DNA of 64,000 nt from an uncultured Acidobacteriaceae bacterium (GTDB lineage Bacteria > Acidobacteriota > Terriglobia > Terriglobales > Acidobacteriaceae). The position numbers and the translations under genes are program-made. Below the pieces are notes generated by a model. The model searched no databases. It was not told the origin of the DNA and worked only from the letters and a program-made list of their open reading frames with translations. Below are positions 1 through 10,234 of the stretch, in pieces. Positions within the stretch are counted from its first letter, which is position 1; every line of letters starts with the position of its first letter. Location: contig CAVWTV010000021.1 in assembly GCA_963757965.1 (NCBI GenBank), positions 32,687-96,686 on the forward strand, written 5' to 3'.

Positions 1-107
1 GCAATAGGCGGATGGTTTCGTTCATCGAGGCTTCTCGCTTGCGTCGACCAACACTACTGTCAAGAACCCGACAGAGCAACTTGACAATGACTGCATTGAT
101 TCTTTCG

Positions 108-1163
108 CTACACACTCAGCGCAGGGTAGTCGGTATAGCCATGTGGCCCCGGCGTAAAGAAGGTGCTTGGGTCCGGCACATTGAGCGACGCGTGGCTTGT
201 AAACCGTGCCGGCAGATCGGGGTTGGCGATGAAGAGTTGGCCGAAGGCCACCGCATCCGCCTCGCCTTCCTGGATGACCTGATTTGCTTGTGCAAGCGTA
301 TATTTTTCATTGGCGATGTATACCCCACCGAATTGCTTCTTGAGTTGCGGGCCCAATCGGTCGGGTCCGAAATACTCGCGCGCGAACAGGAAGCTGAGTT
401 TGCGCCTGCCTAGCTCACGTGCCACGTATTCAAAGGTCGCCGGCGGGTTTGAATCATGCATGTCCTGCGCATCGCCGCGCGGCGCCAGATGCATGCCCAC
501 GCGCTTGGCGCCCCAAACCGAGACCACCGCGTCCGCGACTTCAAGCATGAGTCTGGCTCGGTTTTCAATCGGTCCGCCATATTCGTCGGTGCGATGATTG
601 GATCCGTCCTGCAGAAACTGATCGAGCAGGTAGCCATTAGCACCATGTATCTCCACGCCGTCAAAGCCAGCCAACTTAGCGTTCTCTGCGCCGTTGCGAA
701 AGGCATCGACAATACCAGGAATTTCGGACGTCTCAAGTGCGCGTGGCGTCACATAGTCGGTAACTGGGCGCACCAAGCTTACATGGCCTGCGGGCCGGAT
801 AGCGCTGGGAGCAACCGGAAGTTTGCCTTCCAGAAAGCGTGGGTCTGAGATGCGGCCCACATGCCAGAGTTGTGCAAACATCCGGCCCCCTGCCCAGTGC
901 ACTGCCTTCGTCACGAATTTCCAGGCTTCTATTTGGTCTGGCGACCAAATCCCCGGCACGTTCGCGTAGCCAACGCCCTGCGGCACAACCGGGATGCCCT
1001 CAGAGATGATGAGGCCGGCTCCGGCACGCTGTGTGTAGTATTCGACCATGAGTTCGGTCGGAATGTGGTCAGTCGTGCCTCGTTGCCGAGTAAGCGGAGC
1101 CATAATAACTCGATTTGGCAGATGAATGTCGCCGATCTGGAGGGGGTCCAAGAGAGAAATCAT
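108..1163 (-). CDS. NADH:flavin oxidoreductase, Old Yellow Enzyme family (NemA-like)
   Basis: 351-aa ORF. LPNRVIMAPLTRQR near the N-terminus and HGANGYLLDQFL / RTDEYGG motifs are typical of OYE TIM-barrel flavoenzymes. Confidence 0.9.
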   Translation of the reverse strand: MISLLDPLQIGDIHLPNRVIMAPLTRQRGTTDHIPTELMVEYYTQRAGAGLIISEGIPVVPQGVGYANVPGIWSPDQIEAWKFVTKAVHWAGGRMFAQLWHVGRISDPRFLEGKLPVAPSAIRPAGHVSLVRPVTDYVTPRALETSEIPGIVDAFRNGAENAKLAGFDGVEIHGANGYLLDQFLQDGSNHRTDEYGGPIENRARLMLEVADAVVSVWGAKRVGMHLAPRGDAQDMHDSNPPATFEYVARELGRRKLSFLFAREYFGPDRLGPQLKKQFGGVYIANEKYTLAQANQVIQEGEADAVAFGQLFIANPDLPARFTSHASLNVPDPSTFFTPGPHGYTDYPALSV

Positions 1164-1354
1164 GAGGATGAGTCCTTTAGGAAAAGCGTTCTCTTACTTT
1201 GGATGATTCAGACGGATGGAAGATGGCAAACCTGAATTTCCATGAGACATGCACAGAGCGCAGGTTGGATTCAATTAGCCTGCAATGATTGACTCTGCGA
1301 TTGAACTACTCGCTGGGCTAATCATCTGCTCCCTTTTGCTCATTCTGTTTGTCT

Positions 1355-1966
1355 TCAGGATCTGAGAACCGAAGCGATCAAGACTGCGAGTCCGTTCCAT
1401 GCGATTTGCACCCCAATGCAGAGCAAAATGAAGGCAACACCGCGCAGGATGCCATGGGCGGTGGACGGCGGGATAATCTTAATGATTTTTGGAGCATACG
1501 CATAGCAGAAATAGACGAGCACACTAAGAACGACTACAGCATGAAACACCCCAACGTGCGCCAGAATGTCTCTTGAAATGCCCCGAGTTGATAGGTGAGC
1601 GGTGAGTGCCAGCAGCGCGACGAGGGTCCCTGGGCCAGAGGTTACGGGAAAGGTGAACGGGTAGAAAGCTCCCTGCTCAAGATATTGTTTCCGTGTTTCG
1701 TCTCGTACCTCGCTCTCTTCCTCCTTGTTTCTAACATTCGCGCGTGCATTCCTCTCGTTCAGTACAGACCATCCCATCGCCGCTATCACAATGCCGCCGG
1801 AGAGTTGGACAATAGGCAAAGTGTTCCGGTTCAGTTGAAAATGGAGAAGGCGTTCTCCCAGTAAGGTAAAGGAGGGAACGCATAAAGAAGCAACTCTCGC
1901 CCGACAACCCCTCCTGTATTCCTTTCCGGTTCTATGCCGTTGCCGCCGACAAGGTCCGGTCCGCAT
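1355..1966 (-). CDS. MarC (UPF0056) family membrane protein, apparently lacking the first ~45 residues
   Basis: LSGGIVIAAMGW, FPVTSGPGTLVALLAL and C-terminal LLCIGVQIAWNGL align by eye with E. coli MarC from about residue 48 onward. The N-terminal 25 aa of the ORF are Arg-rich and not TM-like. Confidence 0.65.
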   Translation of the reverse strand: MRTGPCRRQRHRTGKEYRRGCRARVASLCVPSFTLLGERLLHFQLNRNTLPIVQLSGGIVIAAMGWSVLNERNARANVRNKEEESEVRDETRKQYLEQGAFYPFTFPVTSGPGTLVALLALTAHLSTRGISRDILAHVGVFHAVVVLSVLVYFCYAYAPKIIKIIPPSTAHGILRGVAFILLCIGVQIAWNGLAVLIASVLRS

Positions 1967-2646
1967 TTGCCTGCAGTGTAGGACTGGTTCTCGTGCCCAG
2001 GAACGTCGTAGTTCGCCTGCAGAATGATGACCAGCTTGCCGCCGGGCTGGCCGGCGCAGTCGCGTTCGACTTGCAGCGGCAGCTCGTAACTATAAATGCG
2101 CTCGATTTGGTGGTTGGCGGATCTGAGGTCGTAGCGTTCATTCCTGCCTTGTCCCCGGCCGAATACATTGCGGGGGAAGCCCTGAAAGGAATTGTGAACC
2201 ACGAAATGGAGGCCAGGCTTCAGCGAGAATTAGCGCGCATGGCCCTGCAACTGGTCGCCGATTCGGGCTTCGATCTCTGGCAGGCACCGGAAGCTTGGCG
2301 CCTCCTCTCCCCAAAGGAGGCACTCCAAGAGGTGCAGTCGCTCAAATACACGCATAAAGGCAAATACCAGTTGAGCATTCTTAAGCTGCAATGCAAGCGT
2401 GACAATTTCGGTCCCTCGGCTATGTTACCCGCATCCGCTGCGAACAATTCCGTTCAATGACGGCATTATGGAGTTCAAATCGCAGATCAGCAAGCAGGTC
2501 ATTTGTCGGTCAAATGTCGATAACAGTCCATTTCGTAATCTGAGGCTCGATAGGTCTTGCACTGAACGCGCGGAAGAACCGATTCATATGCTGCACAATC
2601 ATCGAAAATGAGAAAACCCCTCAGTCCCGTCGAATCTTGGCTTGCG

Positions 2647-3189
2647 CTACCGAGCGTGTTTCATCATTTCCCTTAACCTGCCCTCAGACTCGGCACTCCA
2701 ATATTTGCAGTCCAATTGCAAGAACACCGATGTATAAGGAATCGTCATGGTTGTTTTCAACACTAGAACGTGGAATGCCTTTCCCGCTTCATTCAGTCTT
2801 CCGATCAAGGACTCATGAAGGAGCGAATCGGTTGGAAAGCCCGCAATTCGCTTCATGACGGCTGCGCGGTATGCCCCCACACCCGGAGATTCCTTCTCGG
2901 AGACGAACTCTAATTCTTTATCGGTGTGGACGATCGGGCGGACATGTTTCGAATTCTCCAGATTATTGAATACATAGTCCACGACCGATAGCTCATCGGC
3001 ATCCGTCTCAACTGTCTCGATTCCCGATGACGTTTGCAGGGGGTAAGCCGAATCCACAATCACGATCCAGTTACGATGACCCATCAGCGGCAACTCATCT
3101 CTCACCTTTTGTCGCCAATCGCTTTGTGCACTACTGACCAGACTTGCACAGAGAACTGCAAGTAATCCCGCCAGAACTTTGAGTTTCAC
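2647..3189 (-). CDS. secreted RbsD/FucU (sugar mutarotase)-like protein
   Basis: Signal peptide MKLKVLAGLLAVLCASLVSSAQS. LMGHRNWIVIVDSAYPL resembles the EMGHGDEIIFSDAHFP motif of FucU, and AGKAFHVLVLKT...YTSVFLQL resembles the FucU C-terminus. Confidence 0.5.
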   Translation of the reverse strand: MKLKVLAGLLAVLCASLVSSAQSDWRQKVRDELPLMGHRNWIVIVDSAYPLQTSSGIETVETDADELSVVDYVFNNLENSKHVRPIVHTDKELEFVSEKESPGVGAYRAAVMKRIAGFPTDSLLHESLIGRLNEAGKAFHVLVLKTTMTIPYTSVFLQLDCKYWSAESEGRLREMMKHAR

Positions 3190-3465
3190 TGTACTCTCCT
3201 GAGGCCATTAGGCCTGCGCGCTTCAACCATGGTACGGGAGCGTCCCGTGGTCCTGTCATAACTCCCAGTTAACTTGCAATGAGTTCCCAAGAGTACGACA
3301 AGAGGCACAATTCAAACGATCCTTCTACGTTCCGGCCTCGGCGGAGCAGGGCTGAAGCAGTCGAGGTGCATTTCGAGTTTCTTTCCTTCCAGTTGCCGCA
3401 ACTGATCTTCAACGATCTTCCGCACGTGGCCAGGGTCGCCCTTCGCACGAAGATTCAAGAGCAGC

Positions 3466-3915
3466 TCATGCCGGTTTGCGGGCGACGCATCCAGGTTTCC
3501 TTCCATGCTCGGCTCTCCGCCGTTTGCGCAGACGGCCACCTTCAGCCAGCCGGTAGCTATTGAATTCCTCGCGCAGCGGACCGGGCACCGTCGCCGAAAT
3601 GTCCGTGCAGCTTCCAGCAGGCTCGGCAAAGATCACGTCCGGAAGAGTTTTCCCCAACTCCTCGATGACCGTCGTCAGCGCGGAGAACCGGCAGCAGAAA
3701 CATCCTCCGGTCACTTCGCGCGAAAACATGCCGTGCACCTCGGCATGGCGCATATCTACCAGTTCATTGCCCTGGTCGTTGAGGATCACGGCGCAACGCA
3801 AACCCCGCAGCTCCAACAGGCGGACCGCCGCTAGAATCAAGGTAGTCTTTCCCGATCCGAGAAAGCCGCCGACAAGTACGATCCAAGGTCTTCGCCGGTT
3901 TAGATCTGCACTCAT
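3466..3915 (-). CDS. G3E-family P-loop GTPase (CobW/HypB/UreG-like); the reading frame probably continues to 3312 after a frameshift
   Basis: Walker A GGFLGSGKTT and a GGCFCC (CxCC) motif. ATGA start/stop overlap with the upstream GH116 gene. The tail after ...EEFNSYRL is Arg-rich junk, while ORF 3312..3629 in another frame reads protein-like. Confidence 0.7.
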   Translation of the reverse strand: MSADLNRRRPWIVLVGGFLGSGKTTLILAAVRLLELRGLRCAVILNDQGNELVDMRHAEVHGMFSREVTGGCFCCRFSALTTVIEELGKTLPDVIFAEPAGSCTDISATVPGPLREEFNSYRLAEGGRLRKRRRAEHGRKPGCVARKPA

Positions 3916-6665
3916 CGGTGCACCGCAATCCGGATCTCATCGTTGGTGATCAGGCTAATCGTTTCATCAAGTGTTACGACCATTCGTCCTTCGTGCCGTG
4001 CCACCTGATTTTCGGTCGCCCGCCCGCCAATCTCAACCAAAGCCGTCTTGCCCATCGCAGCAATCTCGACGGAACGGCAATCAAGCGTTCCGGCAAGCAC
4101 CTTGAGCACAAACTGCGTACTGTCGTTCTGGCGGGAAAGTGAGAATGTACCCCACCCCGTCCCCGTCGCCCAGAAGCATTGGAATTTGTCCCCGGAGATT
4201 CTCGGCACTGCCACAACGGCGGCCTTGGCGCCGTCAAAGAGAAAGCCGCTCAGCACTACGATGGTGGACCACGATGACATGGCGCGCGCGTAGTGGTGGC
4301 CGCACTCCGGCTCGTCCCATGGATTGCGCTTTTCGCCGTCATAGCGGGCGCGGATATTCTCCACGCACTCCACGCCTTCTTTGACCATGCCCCAATTCAT
4401 CATCAGCGCGGCCACTAGGTATTCCTGCCCTGTCCATGCCTCCGCAAAATACGGAAACGGAATTTGCGGTCGTTCCGCTTTGCCATAATCGCAGACTACG
4501 ATCGCGGCCTCTTCGTTGAGCGCATAGGTCCGCTCCACATTATCGTGATCTTTGAGCGTGGGTTTGTAGTTGTATTTGTAAATGGAGCGCAGTGTCCCGC
4601 GGATGTTTTCCGGTGAAACCAGGGGGCCCATTCCTCCCACCTCTGCCAGGTACTGGCCGATCAGCTGATCTGCCAAACAGCCCCCTCCAACCTGGTACTC
4701 CGGAGTCTCGGTGTTTTCTGAACCCATGTCGCTGCGCAGGTTGCCGGCAATCTCATCCTTGCGAAAGCTGCGAACTTTCTGAATGTAGAACTCGCCATTG
4801 AAGAGATTGGCGTCGATCCACCTGCTTCCCTGTTCAAAGAGCCTCCTGTACGTCTCTGCGGAGGCCACATCCCCACCTGCGCGCGCCATCTCCTCGCCGG
4901 CCCGTAACGCGCCCAGGTAGTAGATTCCGCACATTGGGTTGGGTCCGTAAAACTCCACATCGTAGGTGTTATGTTGCACACCTTCCATCACGCCATCCCG
5001 GTTGCTGTCCCATCCGCCGGGAACCCACGCAAACTCGAGCGCCTCTTTCGCGCGCGGCCAGGTGCTGCGCAGCAGCGCTTCATCGCCCGATATCTTCCAA
5101 TCAAGCCATGCGTGGATAATCTGTCCCATCTGTCCATCCGCAGCGGCGAATCCTGAACGCGCCTTACCCTCCGGCAGCAACTGTCTGAAATGAATTGCGC
5201 CCGCATCGTCCATCGAATAGCCGAAGGCGCTCCGCCGCAATGACCGGGCAAACGAGGGGAAAAGAAACGTTGTTGCCATCTCGTAATTCCAGACATGGGT
5301 ACAGTTGCCAAAGCAGCATCCCTGCGAATCGCCGCTGCCCTCAAATGCGTGAAACTCGCCATCCGCGGTGCGGAAACAAGTTGTTGTCGCCAGAGTGGAG
5401 AGGTTTGCGCCGGCCGCCTCCTTCACAGCCGCAGGCAGCGTGCTGTCGCGCAGGGCCTTCGTGAACATGCGGGTGCGCATTTCCAGGTCCTCGAGATGTG
5501 CCGCCGTATAGGCCACAGCTTCCCATGCGTCCTTGAACCGCGCCGCATAGAAGTTGCCGATGACTGCCTTGCCTTCACCCTCCGGCGCCGCCCACCCGAT
5601 CCAGTCCGGCGTGCGGTTGGGAAATCGCCACCCCAGCAAGAACTCAAAGCTCGCCGTATGCCCAGGAGGGATGGTCCTCTTCAGGCACAGCACTCCCACT
5701 GAGTTGTGCGGTTCCAGTTGCGCGCCGAGGTCGCCGGTCTTGGAAAACTGGTCCCAGAAATGAAGTGGGGCGTTCCACCAGCGGCCCGCGGGCCACCCTT
5801 CCCAGTGTGAAACCTCAGCGCTCTCGTCGAGGGTCGCGGCGAGCACAATCTCACCCGACATGGGATCGTCCGGCGCAAGAACCGGATTGCTCATGACCAG
5901 CCCGGCAACTCCATTCCCGGTGCGATACTCGTTCCGCCGTCCCTCATTCGCCTTCTGTCTCGCAACGTCGCCGTTGTCTGCCCTCGTGTTCAATGGGTTT
6001 TCGATCGAGAACGCAATGCCCACCTCGGCCTTGGCTGGGCCGGGGTTGGTCACCCGATAGCGCAGAACTGCAACAGGCAACCCCGAGTCGTCCGGCTCGT
6101 GCGGAATGAATGGTGAAAACGCATCCAGTTCGACCTTGACCGGCAGCGCACGGTCTTGAAAATCGATGTGCGCTAGCGGATACTCTCCTGTAAAGATTGC
6201 AGACTCGAGCCGGCTCAGCCCTGGCACATTGTTTGAACCCATCCCATCCTGGCCCTCATAGGGGGGAAGTATGCGCGACTCAAGGACGCGCGCCACCGGC
6301 TTCCCGCTTCCCGCTCGCGCCCATATGGACGGAAACGCATACGGAGGCCGGAATCCCTTGTTCGGCCTGTTGAAGATCTCCCAGTCCACCAGTTGCCCAC
6401 GCCCGCCAAGCCCAATGCTCCCTGCGCAAACACCCCCAAGCGGAAACGAGATCATCCGCAGTTGCCTTCCATGGAACTGGCGCGGATAACTCTGGTCCTG
6501 GTCGGTCTGAATCCGCTCTTCCTTAGGGTGAGACCCTTGCCCCGGGTCTCGCCTAGGCGCGTGCTCCGCCAGCGTTACCGCACCCACAACTCCAGCCGCC
6601 TGTTTAAGGAAATTCCGGCGATCCCGTCTGAGCTTCACTGTCATTGCGGTTTTCCTGTTTAGCAC
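3912..6665 (-). CDS. glycoside hydrolase family 116 (GBA2-type beta-glucosidase/glucosylceramidase) with Tat signal
   Basis: 917 aa. Twin-arginine leader RRNFLKQAAGVVGAVTLA. FPLGGVCAGSIGLGGRGQLVDWEIFNRP matches the GH116 N-terminal domain, followed by a long (alpha/alpha)6-type C-terminal region. Confidence 0.85.
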   Translation of the reverse strand: MLNRKTAMTVKLRRDRRNFLKQAAGVVGAVTLAEHAPRRDPGQGSHPKEERIQTDQDQSYPRQFHGRQLRMISFPLGGVCAGSIGLGGRGQLVDWEIFNRPNKGFRPPYAFPSIWARAGSGKPVARVLESRILPPYEGQDGMGSNNVPGLSRLESAIFTGEYPLAHIDFQDRALPVKVELDAFSPFIPHEPDDSGLPVAVLRYRVTNPGPAKAEVGIAFSIENPLNTRADNGDVARQKANEGRRNEYRTGNGVAGLVMSNPVLAPDDPMSGEIVLAATLDESAEVSHWEGWPAGRWWNAPLHFWDQFSKTGDLGAQLEPHNSVGVLCLKRTIPPGHTASFEFLLGWRFPNRTPDWIGWAAPEGEGKAVIGNFYAARFKDAWEAVAYTAAHLEDLEMRTRMFTKALRDSTLPAAVKEAAGANLSTLATTTCFRTADGEFHAFEGSGDSQGCCFGNCTHVWNYEMATTFLFPSFARSLRRSAFGYSMDDAGAIHFRQLLPEGKARSGFAAADGQMGQIIHAWLDWKISGDEALLRSTWPRAKEALEFAWVPGGWDSNRDGVMEGVQHNTYDVEFYGPNPMCGIYYLGALRAGEEMARAGGDVASAETYRRLFEQGSRWIDANLFNGEFYIQKVRSFRKDEIAGNLRSDMGSENTETPEYQVGGGCLADQLIGQYLAEVGGMGPLVSPENIRGTLRSIYKYNYKPTLKDHDNVERTYALNEEAAIVVCDYGKAERPQIPFPYFAEAWTGQEYLVAALMMNWGMVKEGVECVENIRARYDGEKRNPWDEPECGHHYARAMSSWSTIVVLSGFLFDGAKAAVVAVPRISGDKFQCFWATGTGWGTFSLSRQNDSTQFVLKVLAGTLDCRSVEIAAMGKTALVEIGGRATENQVARHEGRMVVTLDETISLITNDEIRIAVHR

Positions 6666-7273
6666 TGATTGGCTCGAATTGTACCGCTCACGAGCTAACT
6701 CCGAAGCATTGGGTCACCTGACTTCCAGTATGCCGCGCAATTCTCGACCCGGCCAGATTGTCGAACTACACAGTAAACCAGTCTTCACTAGACAAGTCTT
6801 CACTCGATTTAACTGTCCACGGAATCGGTGAGCGAGTTCGGAGTCAAGAATGTTGGAATGGAACCGAGTCCTTTTTCTGCCCGCTTGCCAATCGCCTTCA
6901 TGGAGCTGACTTTGACCTGACCCCGAGAACTCGTTCAAGCCAGAATACGGATTGGACGAAAAGATTGAAAGCTGATCCGTGTCACTTGGCGAAAACGATC
7001 CTTTCCATGACTTGAGGTCGAAATGTTGGCGTCAAAGGATTGCTTCCAACTCGGGAATGTTTTCTCTATGCTTCCGGGTTACGCATGGGACTTCAACGCA
7101 CCCATAGTGATTAAACTCGCTTCTAGGAAGCGCGTTTCGATGGAGTAGCCAGCGGTAAACAGAAGGTTACCCTGAGTCAAGTCACGCATGCTTTCGATCG
7201 AAGACAACGTTCCCGGTATTCTTTCTTATACCGATTTCGGGGCAGATCAAGATGCGTACAAAGGAGATCGCAC

Positions 7274-8128
7274 ATGTTGAATGAGTCTCTCGGCCTGTTC
7301 ATTTCAGTTGGAGTACTGTTCTCATCGGTTCAAGGGATGGCCCAAACAGTTCCCAAGGGTTCCGTCCGCCTCGCCATTTGCCAGATTCTCGTTATCGATA
7401 GCGATCGTGAAGGCAACTTTCGCCGCATTGAATATGCGCTTGAGCAGGCCGCGGCGGAACATGCGCAAATCGCAGTGTTCCCCGAGTCGTCAATCCTTGG
7501 GTGGGAAAATCCCGATGCACATCGTCTCGCGGAACCAATTCCAGGCAAGGACAGTAGCCGTATCGGTACTTTGGCGCATAAGTATGGCTTGATGGTCGCC
7601 ATTGGCCTCGATGAGAAAGATGGCGACCGGCTCTATGACACAGCAATTCTCATGGACAAATCTGGCAGAATGCTCTGGAAGCACCGGAAGATCAATGTGC
7701 TGCCAGAGCTCATGACACCGCCATATTCACAGGGTCGACCGGACGATATCGGCGTGGTCGAAACCGAGTTTGGAAGGATCGCAGTGCTCATTTGCGCCGA
7801 CACCTTCACCGATGCGTTCGTCGACCGGCTGAAGGCTCTCAAGCCCGATCTGATGCTGGTTCCGTACGGATGGGCTGCGGCTAACGACAAATGGCCAGAG
7901 CACTCAAGGGAACTCGAGGAACTTGTCAAGCGCCGAGCGGCCCAGGTGCGATGCCCGATGGCGGGCGTCGATCTTGTGGGCGAGATGACGCATGGTCCGT
8001 GGTCGGGCTGGACCTACGGTGGCTCGAGCCTGGTTGTAGACGGCAAAGGTCAAATCCTCTTCATCGCTCGCGACCGCGACACTGATCTCCACGTTCTCGA
8101 TCTGGCCGTTGGCTCACTTGCGAAGTGA
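7274..8128 (+). CDS. carbon-nitrogen hydrolase (nitrilase superfamily) with N-terminal signal-like segment
   Basis: AGGAG lies 7 nt upstream of the ATG. Candidate catalytic E-K-C triad in VFPES, HRKINV and LICADTF. N-terminus LGLFISVGVLFSSVQGMAQ is hydrophobic. Confidence 0.85.
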   Translation: MLNESLGLFISVGVLFSSVQGMAQTVPKGSVRLAICQILVIDSDREGNFRRIEYALEQAAAEHAQIAVFPESSILGWENPDAHRLAEPIPGKDSSRIGTLAHKYGLMVAIGLDEKDGDRLYDTAILMDKSGRMLWKHRKINVLPELMTPPYSQGRPDDIGVVETEFGRIAVLICADTFTDAFVDRLKALKPDLMLVPYGWAAANDKWPEHSRELEELVKRRAAQVRCPMAGVDLVGEMTHGPWSGWTYGGSSLVVDGKGQILFIARDRDTDLHVLDLAVGSLAK

Positions 8129-8328
8129 GCTGAATCAGCCCCATCCGTCAAATCGGGCAGAACTCGAAAGTCCGGATTATGCACGGATGGGCGACGATCC
8201 GACCGGAAATGCGGTTTCGTTAGACCCGGAGGAGTGCCTGCAGTACTTAACGTGGTGGCCTTATTGCATTGCTGGTACGATGTCCTCAACTGAGAGTCGT
8301 AGCGTGTTTCTTCCAATCTCGCCGCTGT

Positions 8329-9903
8329 CTACTCCTGTTTCAGCTGCGCCGTCAAAACATCCCTGAACACCTTGCAGAAACTCCCACGTAGGTCCTTCGC
8401 CTCCACCACCGTTCCATCTTGCGCCAACTTCACATACGCAGCCGTCGAACCAAATTCCGGCCACAAAGGCAGTCCCGTTCCGTTCGGATTCCCCGTCCGC
8501 GCAAAGTTAGTAAAGTAGATCTCCACCATGTCCGCAAACTTCAGATCTGCATCCGTGTACGCGCCCGCCAGGTTCCCATCTTTCGGATAGAACCCAAACA
8601 CGAACGAAAGATCCGTCGAATGGATCGCAGCTGGCTGCCCCGGCACTGCGTGGTTGAACTCGTACTCGTACGTCGGATGCTGCGCCGCCTCGTGCCACCG
8701 TCCCTCTGCAGTAGCTGGACATCGAAACGTTCCATCCGCCGCAACCTGGTCGGACGCTGAACCATACACCGAGTCGGTCGACCCCTGCCCTCCATCCGCC
8801 AGCCCGTACGCCGCCAGCGCCAGCGGAGCCAGTGGACCATTCCCAAGCGTGATCATCCTCCTCACGTCCTCAACCGACGCTGTCGATCCAAACTCCTTCG
8901 TCGTCGTCCCAAACAGCAGCGGGATCGCCGACTCCTGCCCCGCCGCAAACACCTCCGCAGGACTCTTCGTCAGCACCCACCCGTCCACATCCGGCCCGAA
9001 ACGCGGGTGCGGTTCATGCGCCGTCAGCTTCTTGATCAGCTCCGCAGCCGGTATCCCGCGAAGGTATGCAATCTGCTCCGCACCCGCCGGCGCACCCATG
9101 GCGGCAGCAAACTTCTTCCCCGCTTCCTCCGCCGCGGCCAGCGGCTGCAACGGTGGGAAAAACGGCGCACCGCGCTCCGCAATCGCGCGTTGAAAAAGCC
9201 CCTTCGCCCTCGATGCCATCAGCATTCCTGTATCCATCGCCCCGGCCGATTGGCCGAACACCGTGATGTTCTTCGGGTCGCCGCCAAACTTTGCAATATT
9301 GTCGATCACCCACTTGAGCGCCAGTATCTGGTCCATCAGCCCGTAGTTGCCCGACCCGTGATGCGTAGACTCGCCTGTGAGCTCCGGATGCGCCAGGAAC
9401 CCGAACACGCCGAGCCTGTAGTTCACCGTCACCAGCACCACGCCGTGATTGGGCAGCGTGCCGTCGGTGTACAGCGAGCTCATCGCCGTGCCGCCCTCGT
9501 TCGCGCCGCCATGAATCCAGAACATCACCGGCATTGGCTTCTTCACAGGCCACGCTGGTGTAATCACGTTCAGGTACAGGCAGTCTTCCTGGCCCGTCTC
9601 CGCATCGTGCCGGTTCCACGAGCCCAGGTCCGGTTGCGCGCAAGGTGCGCTGTACGCCTTCGCGTCCCGAACCCCGCTCCAAGGCTGCCTGGGCAGCGGC
9701 TCATGCCAGCGCATTGCACCAACCGGTGGCTGCGCAAACGGAATCCCCAGGAATTGCGCTCCTCCGCCGTCCCTCGCCAATCCCTTGACTTCGCCGCCGC
9801 TGGTCTTCACCACGAGCGGATCTTCCTCCGCCTTCGATGTCGTCACCGTCAGCATCCCCGCCACCGCAACCGCCGCGACCCACACCGCCGCCGAAATCCG
9901 CAT
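8329..9903 (-). CDS. type-B carboxylesterase/lipase (para-nitrobenzyl esterase-like), secreted
   Basis: FLGIPFAQPPVG, EDCLYLNV and FGQSAGA motifs. The ORF opens at 10029, but the signal peptide MRISAAVWVAAVAVAGMLTV begins at 9903. Confidence 0.85.
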   Translation of the reverse strand: MRISAAVWVAAVAVAGMLTVTTSKAEEDPLVVKTSGGEVKGLARDGGGAQFLGIPFAQPPVGAMRWHEPLPRQPWSGVRDAKAYSAPCAQPDLGSWNRHDAETGQEDCLYLNVITPAWPVKKPMPVMFWIHGGANEGGTAMSSLYTDGTLPNHGVVLVTVNYRLGVFGFLAHPELTGESTHHGSGNYGLMDQILALKWVIDNIAKFGGDPKNITVFGQSAGAMDTGMLMASRAKGLFQRAIAERGAPFFPPLQPLAAAEEAGKKFAAAMGAPAGAEQIAYLRGIPAAELIKKLTAHEPHPRFGPDVDGWVLTKSPAEVFAAGQESAIPLLFGTTTKEFGSTASVEDVRRMITLGNGPLAPLALAAYGLADGGQGSTDSVYGSASDQVAADGTFRCPATAEGRWHEAAQHPTYEYEFNHAVPGQPAAIHSTDLSFVFGFYPKDGNLAGAYTDADLKFADMVEIYFTNFARTGNPNGTGLPLWPEFGSTAAYVKLAQDGTVVEAKDLRGSFCKVFRDVLTAQLKQE

Positions 9904-10234
9904 CAATCCAAATCCGCAACCATCTCTCATCCCTCTCCCTTGCAACAGCTTAAAGCAACCGCCAATTCTAACAACCCCGCATCGGCGCCGTGTTACAGTC
10001 GTCGGGCGAGACACAGAGGTTTCAGACACGCGCCTGAGTCGTGAAAGATTCGTGACAAGCCAGGAACAGGTTGTCAGTTGACGATATCAAGCCTTTCCAC
10101 GCTTTGAGACCGAATGATTCGCGGCAGTAGAGGATTCCCACCATAATAGAAGTGAAGGTTTGGCCCACATGCTGCGCTAAAAGTGGACTCAACTGTAGGG
10201 TCAGATTGCTTCAGTTTAGTTCGAAAAAGCTGAT

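Noticed and set aside
1-413. ORF 12..413 (+), and a possible minus-strand start (MNETIRLL) at position 25 running off the left edge
   Set aside because: The plus-strand ORF is antisense to the OYE gene. The 8-codon fragment at the edge is too short to support.
9007-10044. 345-aa plus-strand ORF
   Set aside because: It is antisense to the well-supported type-B carboxylesterase gene. Its Arg/His/Pro-rich text is typical of the reverse frame of high-GC genes, and it has no motifs.
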